Source of the DNA: an uncultured Candidatus Bathyarchaeia archaeon
Lineage (GTDB): Archaea; Thermoproteota; Bathyarchaeia; Bathyarchaeales; Bathycorpusculaceae
Direction: 5' to 3'
DNA length: 13,067 nt
Assembly: GCA_964450845.1 (NCBI GenBank)
Contig: CAYVGZ010000043.1
Span: 1-13,067, forward strand
Shown: in pieces, positions 12,866 through 13,067 of the stretch
How the letters are laid out: the number at the start of each line of letters is the position of its first letter
Numbering within the stretch: the stretch's first letter is position 1
The notes under the pieces: model-generated
What the model saw: the letters and a program-made list of their open reading frames with translations, nothing else
What the model was told of the DNA's origin: nothing
The model's database searches: none
Position numbers and translations under genes: made by a program

Positions 12866-13067
12866 GGATGAAATCCGCAAGACATGGGAGGAACAGCCCA
12901 TGCTTAAACCAAAAATCGAAAAGGTTGTCGTTAACATTAGTGTTGGAAAATCTGGCGAGCCACTAGAAAAGGCTGCAAAAGTCATGAAGGATTTATCAGG
13001 TCAAACTCCATGCAAGAGAAAAGCCAAGAAAACCATAAGAGATTTTGGAATCAGAAAAGGCGAACCA
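12858..13067 (+). CDS. rpl5: 50S ribosomal protein uL5, 3'-truncated by the window edge (not in the ORF track)
   Basis: ATG 12858 after GGAGA gives MSEDEIRKTWEEQPMLKPKIEKVVVNISVGKSGEPLEKAAKVMKDLSGQTPCKRKAKKTIRDFGIRKGEP, the archaeal uL5 N-terminal signature. It overlaps the rps4e end. Confidence 0.96.
   Translation, partial: MSEDEIRKTWEEQPMLKPKIEKVVVNISVGKSGEPLEKAAKVMKDLSGQTPCKRKAKKTIRDFGIRKGEP

Noticed and set aside
1-13067. tRNA, rRNA, CRISPR arrays, IS elements or integrases
   Set aside because: By eye I found no cloverleaf, regularly spaced repeats, terminal inverted repeats or transposase/integrase motifs. Intergenic gaps are all under ~250 nt. A tRNAscan/Infernal run would be decisive for small RNAs.

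Overview
Archaeal chromosomal window. The gene families and their order suggest a TACK-group archaeon, probably Bathyarchaeia; this is inference, as no search was run. Left block (1-5720): [NiFe]-hydrogenase maturation genes hypF (5'-truncated), hypC and hypD on +, then a DUF996-type membrane protein and a small 4-Cys Zn-ribbon protein, then hypE on the minus strand. An EamA/DMT transporter follows (5839-6723). Right block (9020-13067): start of a ribosomal protein operon (uL22, uS3, uL29, RNase P protein Rnp1, uS17, uL14, uL24 with a long Lys/Glu tail, eS4, partial uL5). The ~2.2 kb between these blocks (6724-8960) is the most interesting part. It holds a 52-aa protein missing from the ORF track, a 376-379-aa tandem-duplicated Lrp/AsnC-like regulator, and a 62-64-aa signal-peptide-bearing precursor ending in a Pro/Asp motif (QPTGDPVDNPVFPS-stop) directly upstream of that regulator. 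It also holds a divergent PadR-like regulator, a possible 44-aa antisense ORF and several candidate operators. The layout resembles a peptide-signal/cytoplasmic-receptor cassette. That is an untested hypothesis. No tRNA, rRNA, CRISPR array or mobile element was seen.
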